DNA of 64,000 nucleotides from a virus. This document shows, piece by piece, positions 51,155 through 61,264 of this stretch. The notes below the pieces were generated by a model, which saw only the letters and a program-made list of their open reading frames with translations, was not told the DNA's origin and searched no databases. The stretch lies in the IMG/VR virus record IMGVR_UViG_3300008262_002626, positions 27,077 to 91,076 of that record. The stretch is one strand, 5' to 3'. Both the position numbers and the translations under genes were made by a program. Numbering within the stretch: the stretch's first letter is position 1; each line of letters starts with the position of its first letter.

Positions 51155-52473
51155 GGCCGGAAGGTCGGTCGGTGGTGGTCGGTGGTCTCTCTGGGGGGTC
51201 GGGGTTATATTATAAAAACTGTTGCTATTTTACAACAGTGGCAAGCAAATTTTGGTGGGTATAGACGCAAAATCACCATCATGAATCTATAAGTACTTCT
51301 TTTTAATTTTTCGTACGCTAGAAATTTGCGGAGCAAGGGACCATTTCATGGGCCCAAAAACGACCCCACTAGAACCCTAAGTACTTCTCAAATTTTTTAC
51401 GCGACCAAATTTTTTTATCCTGTAGACCCATTTGGCATATATAGTAAAAGGACACTATCATGCTCATGCTCTACTTTACCGTCGCTGGTTTAATCTTAAC
51501 TCTATGGTTTAACTCAGCCATTCTAGGACTGGCTGTTGCTGGTCTAATTCTAGTGTGGATCGCAGTTATAGCTTGGCGTACACGCAACGAGCCCCACGAT
51601 CCTTCACTGTACTAAGGACTTACATGCATCACGATCCCTATAATCAAACTATAGAATTCAAGGGCAGAACCTATCGCTACGATCCAGATTTTGACTGTTT
51701 TTATCCTGCAGAAGGATCTATGAACACCTGGGATCGTTGGGGTTGGCTTGCTGTCATAGTTGTACTGGCCCTGCTCACATTCATTGTCACACGATGACGC
51801 AGTATGCAGTATTAACAGCGGATCCGCAGTTTCTTGATCTCAGCCGTTTTATTACTCTACACAGCTTACACTACGAACCACACTTAAATCGTACTCGTGT
51901 ATGGATCAGTGATCCTAGAGTTGAGCTACTGTTTCTAGCACAGTTTACTTCTGCGTTTAGGGTTCTAGAATCAGAGTCTATCTAGCTTAACGGTTCTTAG
52001 CTTTTACTTTGACTTTCTTGCCCCACAATGGATCATTATAGGGATTATGGTTAGCTATAGTGCCTTCGTAGTACTCAATTAGACCCCGCCAAGGACCTTG
52101 ATGCACCTGTTTAAGTGCAAACTCATCTGCTATCTGCTGTGCTAGTTGAGGATCTGTTGGTGGCTCTGCGCCCGGGTTCATGTCTACACGAGTTACTGTG
52201 TTACCTTTGCTATTACGTGCTAGTATACGATATGGCATAACTGTTCATTTCCTTGTTGTATATTTAGCCCCAGTTTAGTATGAACCAAACACAATCACGC
52301 TCACGCACAAAACCCACTTGTCCAAACTCTGTGTCGTTAAACCAATCCCATGTAGTACCTTTAGGGCCTATGTGCTGTTCCAACCAATCTTCTATGGCTA
52401 TCACACGATCTATCCAATCTATCTGCGGCTGTGGGCAGGCAGTTTTAGTCCAGTCTACTGAGCAGGTAAACAC

Positions 52474-52905
52474 CTATAGATCCCACATTTCTCTGAGATG
52501 ATCGCAGTAGCGTACTGCTGTCAGGGTCATTTCTGCTGTAAATTCAAAGTGTTGATTTAGTACTGTGATAGCTGGGTGCGGATTTACCTTTAATACTCGT
52601 GAGTAACAGCCCTGACCCATGTCCACAAAGTAACTGCTTTTTATACCTCTGCGCTCCATTAGCTCTGGGAACACCGCACGGGTAAACCAACAGGTATTGC
52701 CCAGTTCCAGTGCTTCTGCTGTAGTACGCAGAGTTAGATAGCGTTCTGCGTAACTGGGTTCGGGTTGCCAGGGATTCTTCGCCAGCTTGTCTGCTAGGAT
52801 CTTTACTGTGTAGTCCAGCACAGGTTCGGGCATGGTCCAACCCTGGCGATCACAGGTTTCTTGGAGTATATCTCGGAAACCCTTAACTGCGGTGTAATTT
52901 AGCAT
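52474..52905 (-). CDS. hypothetical protein
   Basis: 143-aa ORF with SD. Confidence 0.65.
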   Translation of the reverse strand: MLNYTAVKGFRDILQETCDRQGWTMPEPVLDYTVKILADKLAKNPWQPEPSYAERYLTLRTTAEALELGNTCWFTRAVFPELMERRGIKSSYFVDMGQGCYSRVLKVNPHPAITVLNQHFEFTAEMTLTAVRYCDHLREMWDL

Positions 52906-52968
52906 AGTGTGATTCCTTGCTAGATTACTTATTTATTGGTTTTACAGTTCGCGGAACGCTGGTTCGCG

Positions 52969-53074
52969 TTTTACCGCTAGCCGCTTCGCGGATTTGTAAT
53001 TTTACCGCGCTTCGCGAATTCTAAATTTTTGCGCTGACGCTTCGCTTGTTTATTTGGCGTTTTCCGCTTCGCGG
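52969..53074 (-). repeat. cluster of GCGAAGC mini-hairpin motifs
   Basis: GCTTCGC at 52983, 53009, 53039, 53066. Confidence 0.8.
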
Positions 53075-53508
53075 TTATAGTACTCGTAGTTGACTGAGGT
53101 AGCGTTTTCTCTTCTGATACGAGCACCGTTTTTAAGATGGAAACGGCGAGCCATGTCTGTTTGGGGGCTGAGTGTTACTATGCCTTTGAGTGTGGCATAT
53201 TCTTCTTTGAGCCAACGAGCCGCTTCCTGTAGCAGTTCAGCTCCTGCGCCCGGTGCATAGCTCCATATGGTGTAGAATACTGCCACTTCTTTGTCATGTG
53301 GCATGTTCTGTAGATCTTCTTCTGTAGCGGGTATGTCTTTGAGCCAGGCCATGCAGGTAGCGGCCAAGACTTCGTCTCCAGCTTTGAGAATCAGTATCTC
53401 GGCAGCATCATTTACACGCTGTTCAAGAGGTATGTGTGGACGTACGGGGTCGTCTTTGATTATTGAGACCAATGGGTCAGTGATGTCGCGGATATGATGT
53501 ATGGGCAT
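53050..53508 (-). CDS. GNAT-fold-like protein
   Basis: FYTIWSY.PGAG, A.RFHLKNG. Confidence 0.55.
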   Translation of the reverse strand: MPIHHIRDITDPLVSIIKDDPVRPHIPLEQRVNDAAEILILKAGDEVLAATCMAWLKDIPATEEDLQNMPHDKEVAVFYTIWSYAPGAGAELLQEAARWLKEEYATLKGIVTLSPQTDMARRFHLKNGARIRRENATSVNYEYYNREAENAK

Positions 53509-53611
53509 GGCAGTTCCTGGGCTTTATATGGGTATTTATTAATTTTACAATAAAACACCCACTTAATTCAAATTCAATTTAGCCGATAAATATACTATCG
53601 GAGATAGTACA

Positions 53612-54319
53612 ATGCCTGCTTACACTACACAATATACTCAATTGGATTTCAATGCTGCCACTGCTGTGATGACAGTACGAGTGGACTATTTGAACAGCAA
53701 CCTTGACGTGCTCAGCACCAAGGACTTTAGGATCACACTACCTGTAGATTCACTGGGCAACGTACCCACTGGTACCCAGCTAGATGATCTGGTCAATGAG
53801 CGTATCACTAGAGAAACAGTCATAGTTCCTACCAGCTGGACCATACCTGTTACTGGCGTGGCCAATGCTGAAGAAATCATCGGTGCCACTGACTCAATTG
53901 AACCCAGCGAAGGCATTCCTGTGCTGATCGTACCTGTGGGCAGTAGTACAGGCTTTACAGCCAGCATATTGATAGCCACTACTCCCGATGCTGTGGCTCT
54001 AACTGAAACCATAGCTCGTGCAGACGTTATGGCGCCTGGCGACTTTGTAGCTGGTGATTTTATCCTGGACAATGGTAACGTCAACGGTGCTAGTCTGACT
54101 CGTATCAGGGGTATTTCTGGAGGCGCATTTACTGATGACGTTGAAATAGCCATGGACAATACTACGGTACCTGCGCCGGTGCTGTCAGCTTATCCCTATG
54201 TATTCCAGGATCCCCTGCCCGAAGGTGCTGACTTTAATGACTATATAGGACAGTACTATATTACGCACGATCCTATAACAATCAGCGGCAGTTATGCCAT
54301 AGCTGTGTTTAACTACTAA
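53612..54319 (+). CDS. acidic hypothetical late protein
   Basis: TAAATA and GGAG upstream. Confidence 0.65.
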   Translation: MPAYTTQYTQLDFNAATAVMTVRVDYLNSNLDVLSTKDFRITLPVDSLGNVPTGTQLDDLVNERITRETVIVPTSWTIPVTGVANAEEIIGATDSIEPSEGIPVLIVPVGSSTGFTASILIATTPDAVALTETIARADVMAPGDFVAGDFILDNGNVNGASLTRIRGISGGAFTDDVEIAMDNTTVPAPVLSAYPYVFQDPLPEGADFNDYIGQYYITHDPITISGSYAIAVFNY

Positions 54320-55743
54320 ACATCATCTGTGGGTAGATTGTTTAAGAGTTCACGTAGTTTGCTAGATTCAACCTGTGCTGTGACCTTGGGCACTGGTGCA
54401 CCTGATGTAGGCACTACTTCTCCAGTACTAGGATCCACGGTTTGACGCTGTTTGATTTGAGCCAATAGACTAGATCCTGCTGACTGTGCCCCATTACCGT
54501 AACCATCTTCTTCAGCTAGATCACGTATGCGTAGTGTGTCCACATCAAACTCTAGATCAATCTTTTGACCAACACCGCTTGATGAGCGAGTCTTCATTAA
54601 CTGTAACTGATAGCGTCCACGCTCACGCATGGCTCTGGACGTAAAGATACCAAACACGTTATCTGCTGTTTGAATCTTAGATAAGCCACCCGAAATATGA
54701 CTGTGATCAAATTCAACTTCTTCAACAGCACCACGATTAAGCTGACTTGCTGTGACGAATATGGTCTGTTTTTCCATAGCCAAGTTACGCAACTCTTCTG
54801 ATACGAACTTGTCCTTGATAAACAGATCTGCTGGGCTGATTTTCTTACTGATGGGCATTAAGAGATCCAAATAGTCTACTAATAGTACATCTGCCTTTTT
54901 GCCCAGTTTGATTTCATACTCTTTTAAGTAACTGCGGATATCATTGGCTGTCTTACCTGACGGCATGTACTTGACTTGGAAACTGCCCGACTTCTTGCCA
55001 ATCATCTTAACCTTCATTTCCACGTCATCGATCTGTTTGAAAATCTCACGAGTAGCAATACCAGTTACCATAGCATCCACACGCATTGATACCAGTTCTT
55101 CTGAAAGTTCGAATGTTAGATAAATTACGTTCAATCCTTGTAAGGCCCAGTTTACGCCAAGGTTAGCAAGAAAGAGGGATTTACCTGCACCTGATCCACC
55201 TGCAAAAATGTTAAGTTCTCCACGATTCATACCTCCGAACAGTTTGTCATCAATGGCCTTCCACCCTGTTGATATCTGTCCATTCTTTTCTTTGATCTTC
55301 ATCAGTCTTGCACGGGGATCAGCAAAATAGTCTGTGCCCATGTCTTTCTGTAGACCTATCTGTACTGCACGTTTGATCTTGTCTTCTACAGGACCATACT
55401 CACCTTTTTCCAGCATGTCTGCCGATTCAAGAATAGCACGTTCTAGTCCTTTATGTCGAATAAATGTTTCAAAGTCACCTAGCAGCCAATCATAGTGTTC
55501 TTCACGTAAATCGTTGGGCACTTTAAATTCTGTACCGCAGGCCGCATTGATGATGTCCTGCGTGGGCATGACTGAATGTTCTTTAACATACTCATTGATA
55601 AATTCTGCGGGTGTCTGTAGTTTGCGATCAAAAAGGCTATGATCAAAGATACTTTGACAGCGAGCAAATGTAGCCGCATCACTGAGCATCATTTCCAAAT
55701 AAACTTTTTGTATTTCGTAACCGTAGTCTGTATTCTGTTTCAT
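54316..55743 (-). CDS. replicative DnaB-like helicase (T4 gp41-like)
   Basis: GGSGAGKS, VDYLDL, ASQLNR, MKTR. Confidence 0.93.
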   Translation of the reverse strand: MKQNTDYGYEIQKVYLEMMLSDAATFARCQSIFDHSLFDRKLQTPAEFINEYVKEHSVMPTQDIINAACGTEFKVPNDLREEHYDWLLGDFETFIRHKGLERAILESADMLEKGEYGPVEDKIKRAVQIGLQKDMGTDYFADPRARLMKIKEKNGQISTGWKAIDDKLFGGMNRGELNIFAGGSGAGKSLFLANLGVNWALQGLNVIYLTFELSEELVSMRVDAMVTGIATREIFKQIDDVEMKVKMIGKKSGSFQVKYMPSGKTANDIRSYLKEYEIKLGKKADVLLVDYLDLLMPISKKISPADLFIKDKFVSEELRNLAMEKQTIFVTASQLNRGAVEEVEFDHSHISGGLSKIQTADNVFGIFTSRAMRERGRYQLQLMKTRSSSGVGQKIDLEFDVDTLRIRDLAEEDGYGNGAQSAGSSLLAQIKQRQTVDPSTGEVVPTSGAPVPKVTAQVESSKLRELLNNLPTDDV

Positions 55744-55762
55744 CTGTATATTATATTATCTC

Positions 55763-57229
55763 TTATGAGAAAATCCTAGTTTTATATAGCCGTTCAAATC
55801 TTCGGGCGTCATTACTGTCGTTGATCATGGGCTCGCCACGGATGTTTAGGCTGGTGTTCAGTAGCATGGGACAGCCGGTACGTTTGAACCAAAGTTCTAG
55901 AAGCTGTCTAAAAGGTGATCCATCATTGGGCACAGTCTGCACACGACTAGTTCCGTCCTTGTGTACGATAGCAGGATACTTATCAGGTTCACGGCACAGG
56001 GATACAGTCTGCATGTATCTGCTGTTTTCCCAAGCATAGGGCAGTCTAAAATACAAGTGTGCCTGTTCCTCTAATATAGCAGGACCAAAAGGACGAAAGT
56101 CTTCTCGATGCTTGATCTTGTTGACTAGGTCTTTGATGTCAGGATCACGAGGATCAGCTAGTAAACTCCTATTGCCCAGAGCACGTGGGCCAAATTCAGC
56201 AGGGCCACGGGCTACACCTGCTATTCGATATTTTTCTAACCAATTGACTATGTCTTCATTAGACTCTCTATAGCCCATGTCGAAGCCCAGGTAGGGTGTA
56301 AACTTGTCGTTGTCTATACGCCATTCTGGATGTACTGCTAGAACTGCGCCTAGACTGCTACCAGCATCACCGGGATTAGGCATGATCCACACGCTGTCAA
56401 AATGTTTGCCGATTAGTCTGTTGGCTAGGCAGTTAAGAGCACAGCCGCCCATGAGCACTAGATTTTTACTGCCAGTTAGTTCTTTGGCTAGACTTAGTGC
56501 TGATTCAAAATAAGTTTCGTAGACTAATTGTGTAGCAGATGCTAGGTCAAAACTGTCTTTGACTGTTAGATCCGGAGCCCAATCAGTGCAACCTCGATGC
56601 AGATTCTTTTTAAATCTAAATGAGTCGTAGTCATTGACAAAGTCTTGTTCTATACGAAGTTTTAGTCGATCATCACCGAACGCACTCATACCCATTAAGA
56701 TGTATTCGTCTTCGTTAGGTTTTAGTCCTACACGTTGGGTCATTGCTGAATAAAACAAGCCCACTGAGTTAGGAAACCACTTGCTGTAGACTTTTTCTAA
56801 AGTCTGTCCCTTGGCTTTCCATATGGTCAATGTTTCAAACTCACCTATAGCATCTATGACTACTACTGCCGCATGATCATAGGGACTAGTATAGTACCCG
56901 CCAGCGGCATGTGCATGATGATGACTGACCTGCTTAACAGGTGCATGTATCTCATATCTAGCCATATATATGCCAAGATCGTTATCTCTGGCACGCCATC
57001 CTTGTCCTGCAAAAAACTGTCTTAGTGTTTTTAGTCTTGTGTTTTCATACCATACTACTTCGTTAGGATTACCCCAATGTTTGGCATAGTGTACTAGTTC
57101 TTTACAAAGGTCTCGCTCGTTTTTAACTTTAGTAAAACGTTCGCTGTGACTGGCAAATACTAGTTGTCCTTCTTTGAATACCGATATAGCGGCATCGTGG
57201 CTGTTAGCTGATATTCCCCAAGTAATCAT
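55763..57229 (-). CDS. carbamoyltransferase (NodU/CmcH family)
   Basis: HDAA, HHHAHAA, DAIGE, EFGPRALGNRSLL, FRPF, LNTSLN. Confidence 0.93.
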   Translation of the reverse strand: MITWGISANSHDAAISVFKEGQLVFASHSERFTKVKNERDLCKELVHYAKHWGNPNEVVWYENTRLKTLRQFFAGQGWRARDNDLGIYMARYEIHAPVKQVSHHHAHAAGGYYTSPYDHAAVVVIDAIGEFETLTIWKAKGQTLEKVYSKWFPNSVGLFYSAMTQRVGLKPNEDEYILMGMSAFGDDRLKLRIEQDFVNDYDSFRFKKNLHRGCTDWAPDLTVKDSFDLASATQLVYETYFESALSLAKELTGSKNLVLMGGCALNCLANRLIGKHFDSVWIMPNPGDAGSSLGAVLAVHPEWRIDNDKFTPYLGFDMGYRESNEDIVNWLEKYRIAGVARGPAEFGPRALGNRSLLADPRDPDIKDLVNKIKHREDFRPFGPAILEEQAHLYFRLPYAWENSRYMQTVSLCREPDKYPAIVHKDGTSRVQTVPNDGSPFRQLLELWFKRTGCPMLLNTSLNIRGEPMINDSNDARRFERLYKTRIFS

Positions 57230-57329
57230 TTGTAGATAAACGGATCTCGTTTCCTAAGTTCTTTTATCCTTTTTCTCATACGTAGGTATGCCAAAGGATT
57301 TTTAATAAATTGCCATAATTCATAAAACA

Positions 57330-58301
57330 TCATTCTTCAACCTTAAACCATTTTTTAGCACGTAGTTGTATCTTCAGACTGTTAGATTCTCGAGCTTCTA
57401 TGATCATCCATAGTACTGTTAATCTACCTAGCTTAACTACGGCATCATTAACGTCTTTGATACCTTCGGGCCAATCGGGCATACTAACACTCCACCCGTG
57501 TTCTACAGCCTGCTCTACTGTCCTAGGACCTTCATGATCTCTATCAGGCACTAAAATGATTTCACGACCTAATTGTCTTAATAGCCAGTTTTGACTATCT
57601 TTGATTTCTGCACCTAGTAAAGCACACCCATCAATACTTATCGCATCAAACGGCCCTTCACAAACAATCACGAACTGTCTATCGGGTGTTTGTCTGTCTA
57701 GATTAAACACATAACCTGGTTGTTGTTCGGATATGTATTTGGGTTTAGTATCGTTGATCGCTCGAGCGGTGTATCCCACACAGGCTCCGTCTTTATAAAA
57801 CGGAACGATCAATCGATTACTAAATCCAATTTTAGGAGTCCAATAAAAAGGATAGTAGTCCAAATACATTTTACGCTGTGCAATATATTCTAACACAGGA
57901 ATAAGTTTTTCCGGAACATCATCTAACCAATTATTAATTAGTTTTGATTCCGGTGGTAATTCTCTATGATCAAACTTTGGAATTATATTGCGGACTTCGG
58001 CTGTAGAATCTTCATTAAGACGTAATGCTTCTAATCTCAATTGGCTGATAACATCGTCGGGCATGTTTAGCAACCGCATGAGCTTGTTCATTTTTGTGCT
58101 GATAGTCCTGCCGGGTTGCCAACTGGCTTTGAATCCGCAGTTGAAGCAGTGATATGAAACTGCATCGCCTGCATTAAATATGAGCCCGCCGCGCATACGC
58201 TTGTCTGAACAACAAGGTGCGTTAAAACTTATCCAACCGCTAGGAGTGTGCTTACGCTTTGCTGGTAGATAATTAGCGACTGTATCTGGTATGAGGCTCA
58301 T
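57330..58301 (-). CDS. DNA primase (TOPRIM)
   Basis: zinc finger HCFNCG, EGPFDA, PDRD, KDVND. Confidence 0.9.
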   Translation of the reverse strand: MSLIPDTVANYLPAKRKHTPSGWISFNAPCCSDKRMRGGLIFNAGDAVSYHCFNCGFKASWQPGRTISTKMNKLMRLLNMPDDVISQLRLEALRLNEDSTAEVRNIIPKFDHRELPPESKLINNWLDDVPEKLIPVLEYIAQRKMYLDYYPFYWTPKIGFSNRLIVPFYKDGACVGYTARAINDTKPKYISEQQPGYVFNLDRQTPDRQFVIVCEGPFDAISIDGCALLGAEIKDSQNWLLRQLGREIILVPDRDHEGPRTVEQAVEHGWSVSMPDWPEGIKDVNDAVVKLGRLTVLWMIIEARESNSLKIQLRAKKWFKVEE

Positions 58302-58313
58302 ACCATATTATAC

Positions 58314-59408
58314 TTAATTAACTGATATTTTGTCAACTGTTCCGGTAATATTTTTACCCGTTACTACATAGGTACTAGAACCAGTAGCCGCAGTTCCAGT
58401 CCAACTTACAGATGTTATACCGCTAATTGAGTAACTGGAAACATAACCAGTTGTTGAACCATCTGTGCCGGTAACTGTGATGATCAAATCATTTACACCG
58501 TCAGTACCGCCCAAAACACTACCTAAAACTTTTATTTGGCTACCGACAGCATAACCGGTGCCGCCACTTCTAACTTGCACAACATAGGAATTATTATCTA
58601 GTTGTACGCTAAAACTTGCACCAATACCATTACCTAATTGGCTTGAGTATGAAACACGGAAGTATTTGTAATCGCCAATAGTTAATGCTGGACTAGTTAG
58701 TGTTGCTGTTTGATCTTCAGAGTTTGAAAATGAATGAACTGTATCACCTGCTTTGAATGCTTCGGCAGTAATAGTTGTACTCTTAGTTGCTTCGATCCAA
58801 ACATTGCCAGTTAATCCTAAAACGTCAATATCAAATTGTAGGGTTGATCTTTTATCTGCTTCATAGAATGTAGCAGGTATAGCACTTGAATGCCAGGTAG
58901 GAACACCTTTAAGATCGATCTCTGCTGTAAATGTATCATATACTCTTGGTTCTAGGTCTGCCTTGTTAATGCCTTTAGCTGGCCCAACTAGTTCGAGTGT
59001 GCCGAGAGCACTAAAACGTGTGTCGCCGTATAATAAAATCTCATCGAGTCCTTTGTCACATGTAACGCTGTATCTAAAAAATTGTGCAGTAAAATCTTCT
59101 AAATCTGCCGCAGGAATAGTTGCAATGCCAATGCCCTTGGTTGGGGCTTGTGGAGTAATATCATATACACCAACTTCAAAACCCGAAGCGTCTATTACAT
59201 TTAATTTAATGTTATCTATAGCTGGGCTATTAATTAAGTCAAGTCTTTTTTGATCGGCATTCTTAATGTCAAACTCTAAGACATTGTCAACACCTTTGTA
59301 AATTTTTATCGGTCTCTGATACACGTTAGTAAACTCCACATTAAAAGTGGCCAGATCGGCTAATAGCTCGATTCTATTAGAGTATAAATATTGTGAGATT
59401 TTTTGCAT
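58314..59408 (-). CDS. virion structural protein
   Basis: beta-rich; G/T/S-rich GTGYAVG...LGG.DG.NDL module. Confidence 0.55.
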   Translation of the reverse strand: MQKISQYLYSNRIELLADLATFNVEFTNVYQRPIKIYKGVDNVLEFDIKNADQKRLDLINSPAIDNIKLNVIDASGFEVGVYDITPQAPTKGIGIATIPAADLEDFTAQFFRYSVTCDKGLDEILLYGDTRFSALGTLELVGPAKGINKADLEPRVYDTFTAEIDLKGVPTWHSSAIPATFYEADKRSTLQFDIDVLGLTGNVWIEATKSTTITAEAFKAGDTVHSFSNSEDQTATLTSPALTIGDYKYFRVSYSSQLGNGIGASFSVQLDNNSYVVQVRSGGTGYAVGSQIKVLGSVLGGTDGVNDLIITVTGTDGSTTGYVSSYSISGITSVSWTGTAATGSSTYVVTGKNITGTVDKISVN

Positions 59409-59431
59409 CTGGCATTCCTTATACTATATTT

Positions 59432-59806
59432 ATGGCAAAACTAAGAGACGATATTGAACAAAATTTACCCTTTATATCAGTACTTAACTACGGTGAAGAA
59501 GAGTACGTGGGTATAATTATCAACCAAGATCAATACGTTACAAGCTTCTACGATTTAAATGCTATAAGGACTACTGACGAGAAGCAGTTATTTTTAGAAA
59601 TAGGCGAAACTTGGTGGTGGGAAAGTAACCGTCAATTTCCTATTAATATTATCTGTAGAGATCAAATACAACCCTTTGCGTATGCTATACGAACTTTTAA
59701 CAGCAAAGATGTCCGTGTAATTTTAGGGCCTGTTGTGAATTTAATGAATCTAACGCTAAAGAGAGTAAAACGTAAAAGTGTTCAACTGGTTAGAAAACCG
59801 CGTTAA
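59432..59806 (+). CDS. conserved phage hypothetical protein
   Basis: WWWESNR motif; TATACT 6 nt upstream. Confidence 0.7.
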   Translation: MAKLRDDIEQNLPFISVLNYGEEEYVGIIINQDQYVTSFYDLNAIRTTDEKQLFLEIGETWWWESNRQFPINIICRDQIQPFAYAIRTFNSKDVRVILGPVVNLMNLTLKRVKRKSVQLVRKPR

Positions 59807-60381
59807 CTGTAACCGTAACTAACTGATTCACAAATTAAATTCATCTGAACAACAATTACATGAGCATACGCAATAGCGTGAGCTTTCTTAAAGTAGTAGT
59901 CACCGTTCTCCGGTTTCGTCCAAATCTCTGTCCCAATCTCCGTCCAAGTCTTCCCAATTAGGTGTCTCTTGGCTGGGCGGATCAAAGCGATACACATTGC
60001 CAACTCTTCTATACTGCGTGGCTTCATTTGTTTCATTAATCCACTGTGCCCATTTACGTGGAACAATAAATCCGCGAAATCTTTCTGCTCTAGTAGATCC
60101 CATAGTGGTTCTGTCTCCATTAATTGTTTGAGATGTTGTCTATCTCTTACACCTTCGTAAACACTGACGTTCAAGAAATCTATCTTGAAATAACCTCTAT
60201 CTTCTGCTTCTTTGTAATCTATTGTACTTAGTCCTGTAATTGGATTGTAGGGCACAGAAGTACAATATATACCAGTATTGTGCTTTTTAAAAGTACTATC
60301 TTCTTTGATAGCCGCAGTAACATGCTTGAAATGTTCAAGTGCTTTTGTTCTATCTGCAAAGTCAATGTCAATATCTGGCAT
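59803..60381 (-). CDS. short DnaE (Pol III alpha) catalytic-type subunit
   Basis: PDIDIDF, KH.TG, KIDFL, ALIRP, FKKAHAIAY. Confidence 0.85.
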   Translation of the reverse strand: MPDIDIDFADRTKALEHFKHVTAAIKEDSTFKKHNTGIYCTSVPYNPITGLSTIDYKEAEDRGYFKIDFLNVSVYEGVRDRQHLKQLMETEPLWDLLEQKDFADLLFHVNGHSGLMKQMKPRSIEELAMCIALIRPAKRHLIGKTWTEIGTEIWTKPENGDYYFKKAHAIAYAHVIVVQMNLICESVSYGYS

Positions 60382-60565
60382 TAGTGTTGTGTCCCTGATT
60401 CAAATAACATTAATGGTAGGGTCTCTGTTAGATAATCAGCATACCCTTCTGCTTCTTCAATATTATCAAATCCTGTAATTTTAACATATACAGAATTATC
60501 TTCTTCAACAACGATCACCTGCATACCTAACTCTTTAGCATCAGGATTTGGATTAACATGTGTGG

Positions 60566-61264
60566 TCATAAATTCGATTCCCTGACTACCTGTTTAACTA
60601 GTCCAACATCGGCAGGTAACCGCTTGAACTTATTAAGCCAAAAAGGTAAATCCATAATAGTACTTATTGCTTGTAATTGTTCGTCGTTGAGCTTCTTTAA
60701 TAAATCTTTACCGTTATTACAATTTAATAAAACCCAAGGACTAACTTTTCCATCTTTGATATCATATGTTGCACGACTAAGACTTACATACAAAAAATAA
60801 TGATTCCATACACTTTGATTATTTTCTGCCCAGTCCATCATATATTTAATACTGCGTTCTAGTGCAACCTCTACAGGCTCATTCTTAATTAAATTAACCA
60901 CATAGTTGTCATATAGTTCGTCTCTACACCAGTGATCTAATTTTACACCACTTTTAATCACATAATCAATAAACTTGTCGGGATATAAGGGATTAACATT
61001 ACTGACAAAACTACCAAACTTTATAAATGCATTGTAGTAAGGACTTTTAGCAAACTCTTCATATGTTTTGTCTTTTTTAGAATTTTGATTGAGTTTATAG
61101 AATCGATTGTAAGTATCATAGCCTAATACAACATGTCTTTCTGTCTTAGCTAGATGCCGGCGTTTTTGTTCACAGACATGTACTGCTAGAGTATTTTCTC
61201 GAGAGAATTTATGTCCACAATACTGACACTCATAACCAGATAGTTTTTCAACCAATGCCATCAT
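60566..61264 (-). CDS. zinc-finger protein
   Basis: CQYCGHKF...H.C. Confidence 0.65.
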   Translation of the reverse strand: MMALVEKLSGYECQYCGHKFSRENTLAVHVCEQKRRHLAKTERHVVLGYDTYNRFYKLNQNSKKDKTYEEFAKSPYYNAFIKFGSFVSNVNPLYPDKFIDYVIKSGVKLDHWCRDELYDNYVVNLIKNEPVEVALERSIKYMMDWAENNQSVWNHYFLYVSLSRATYDIKDGKVSPWVLLNCNNGKDLLKKLNDEQLQAISTIMDLPFWLNKFKRLPADVGLVKQVVRESNL

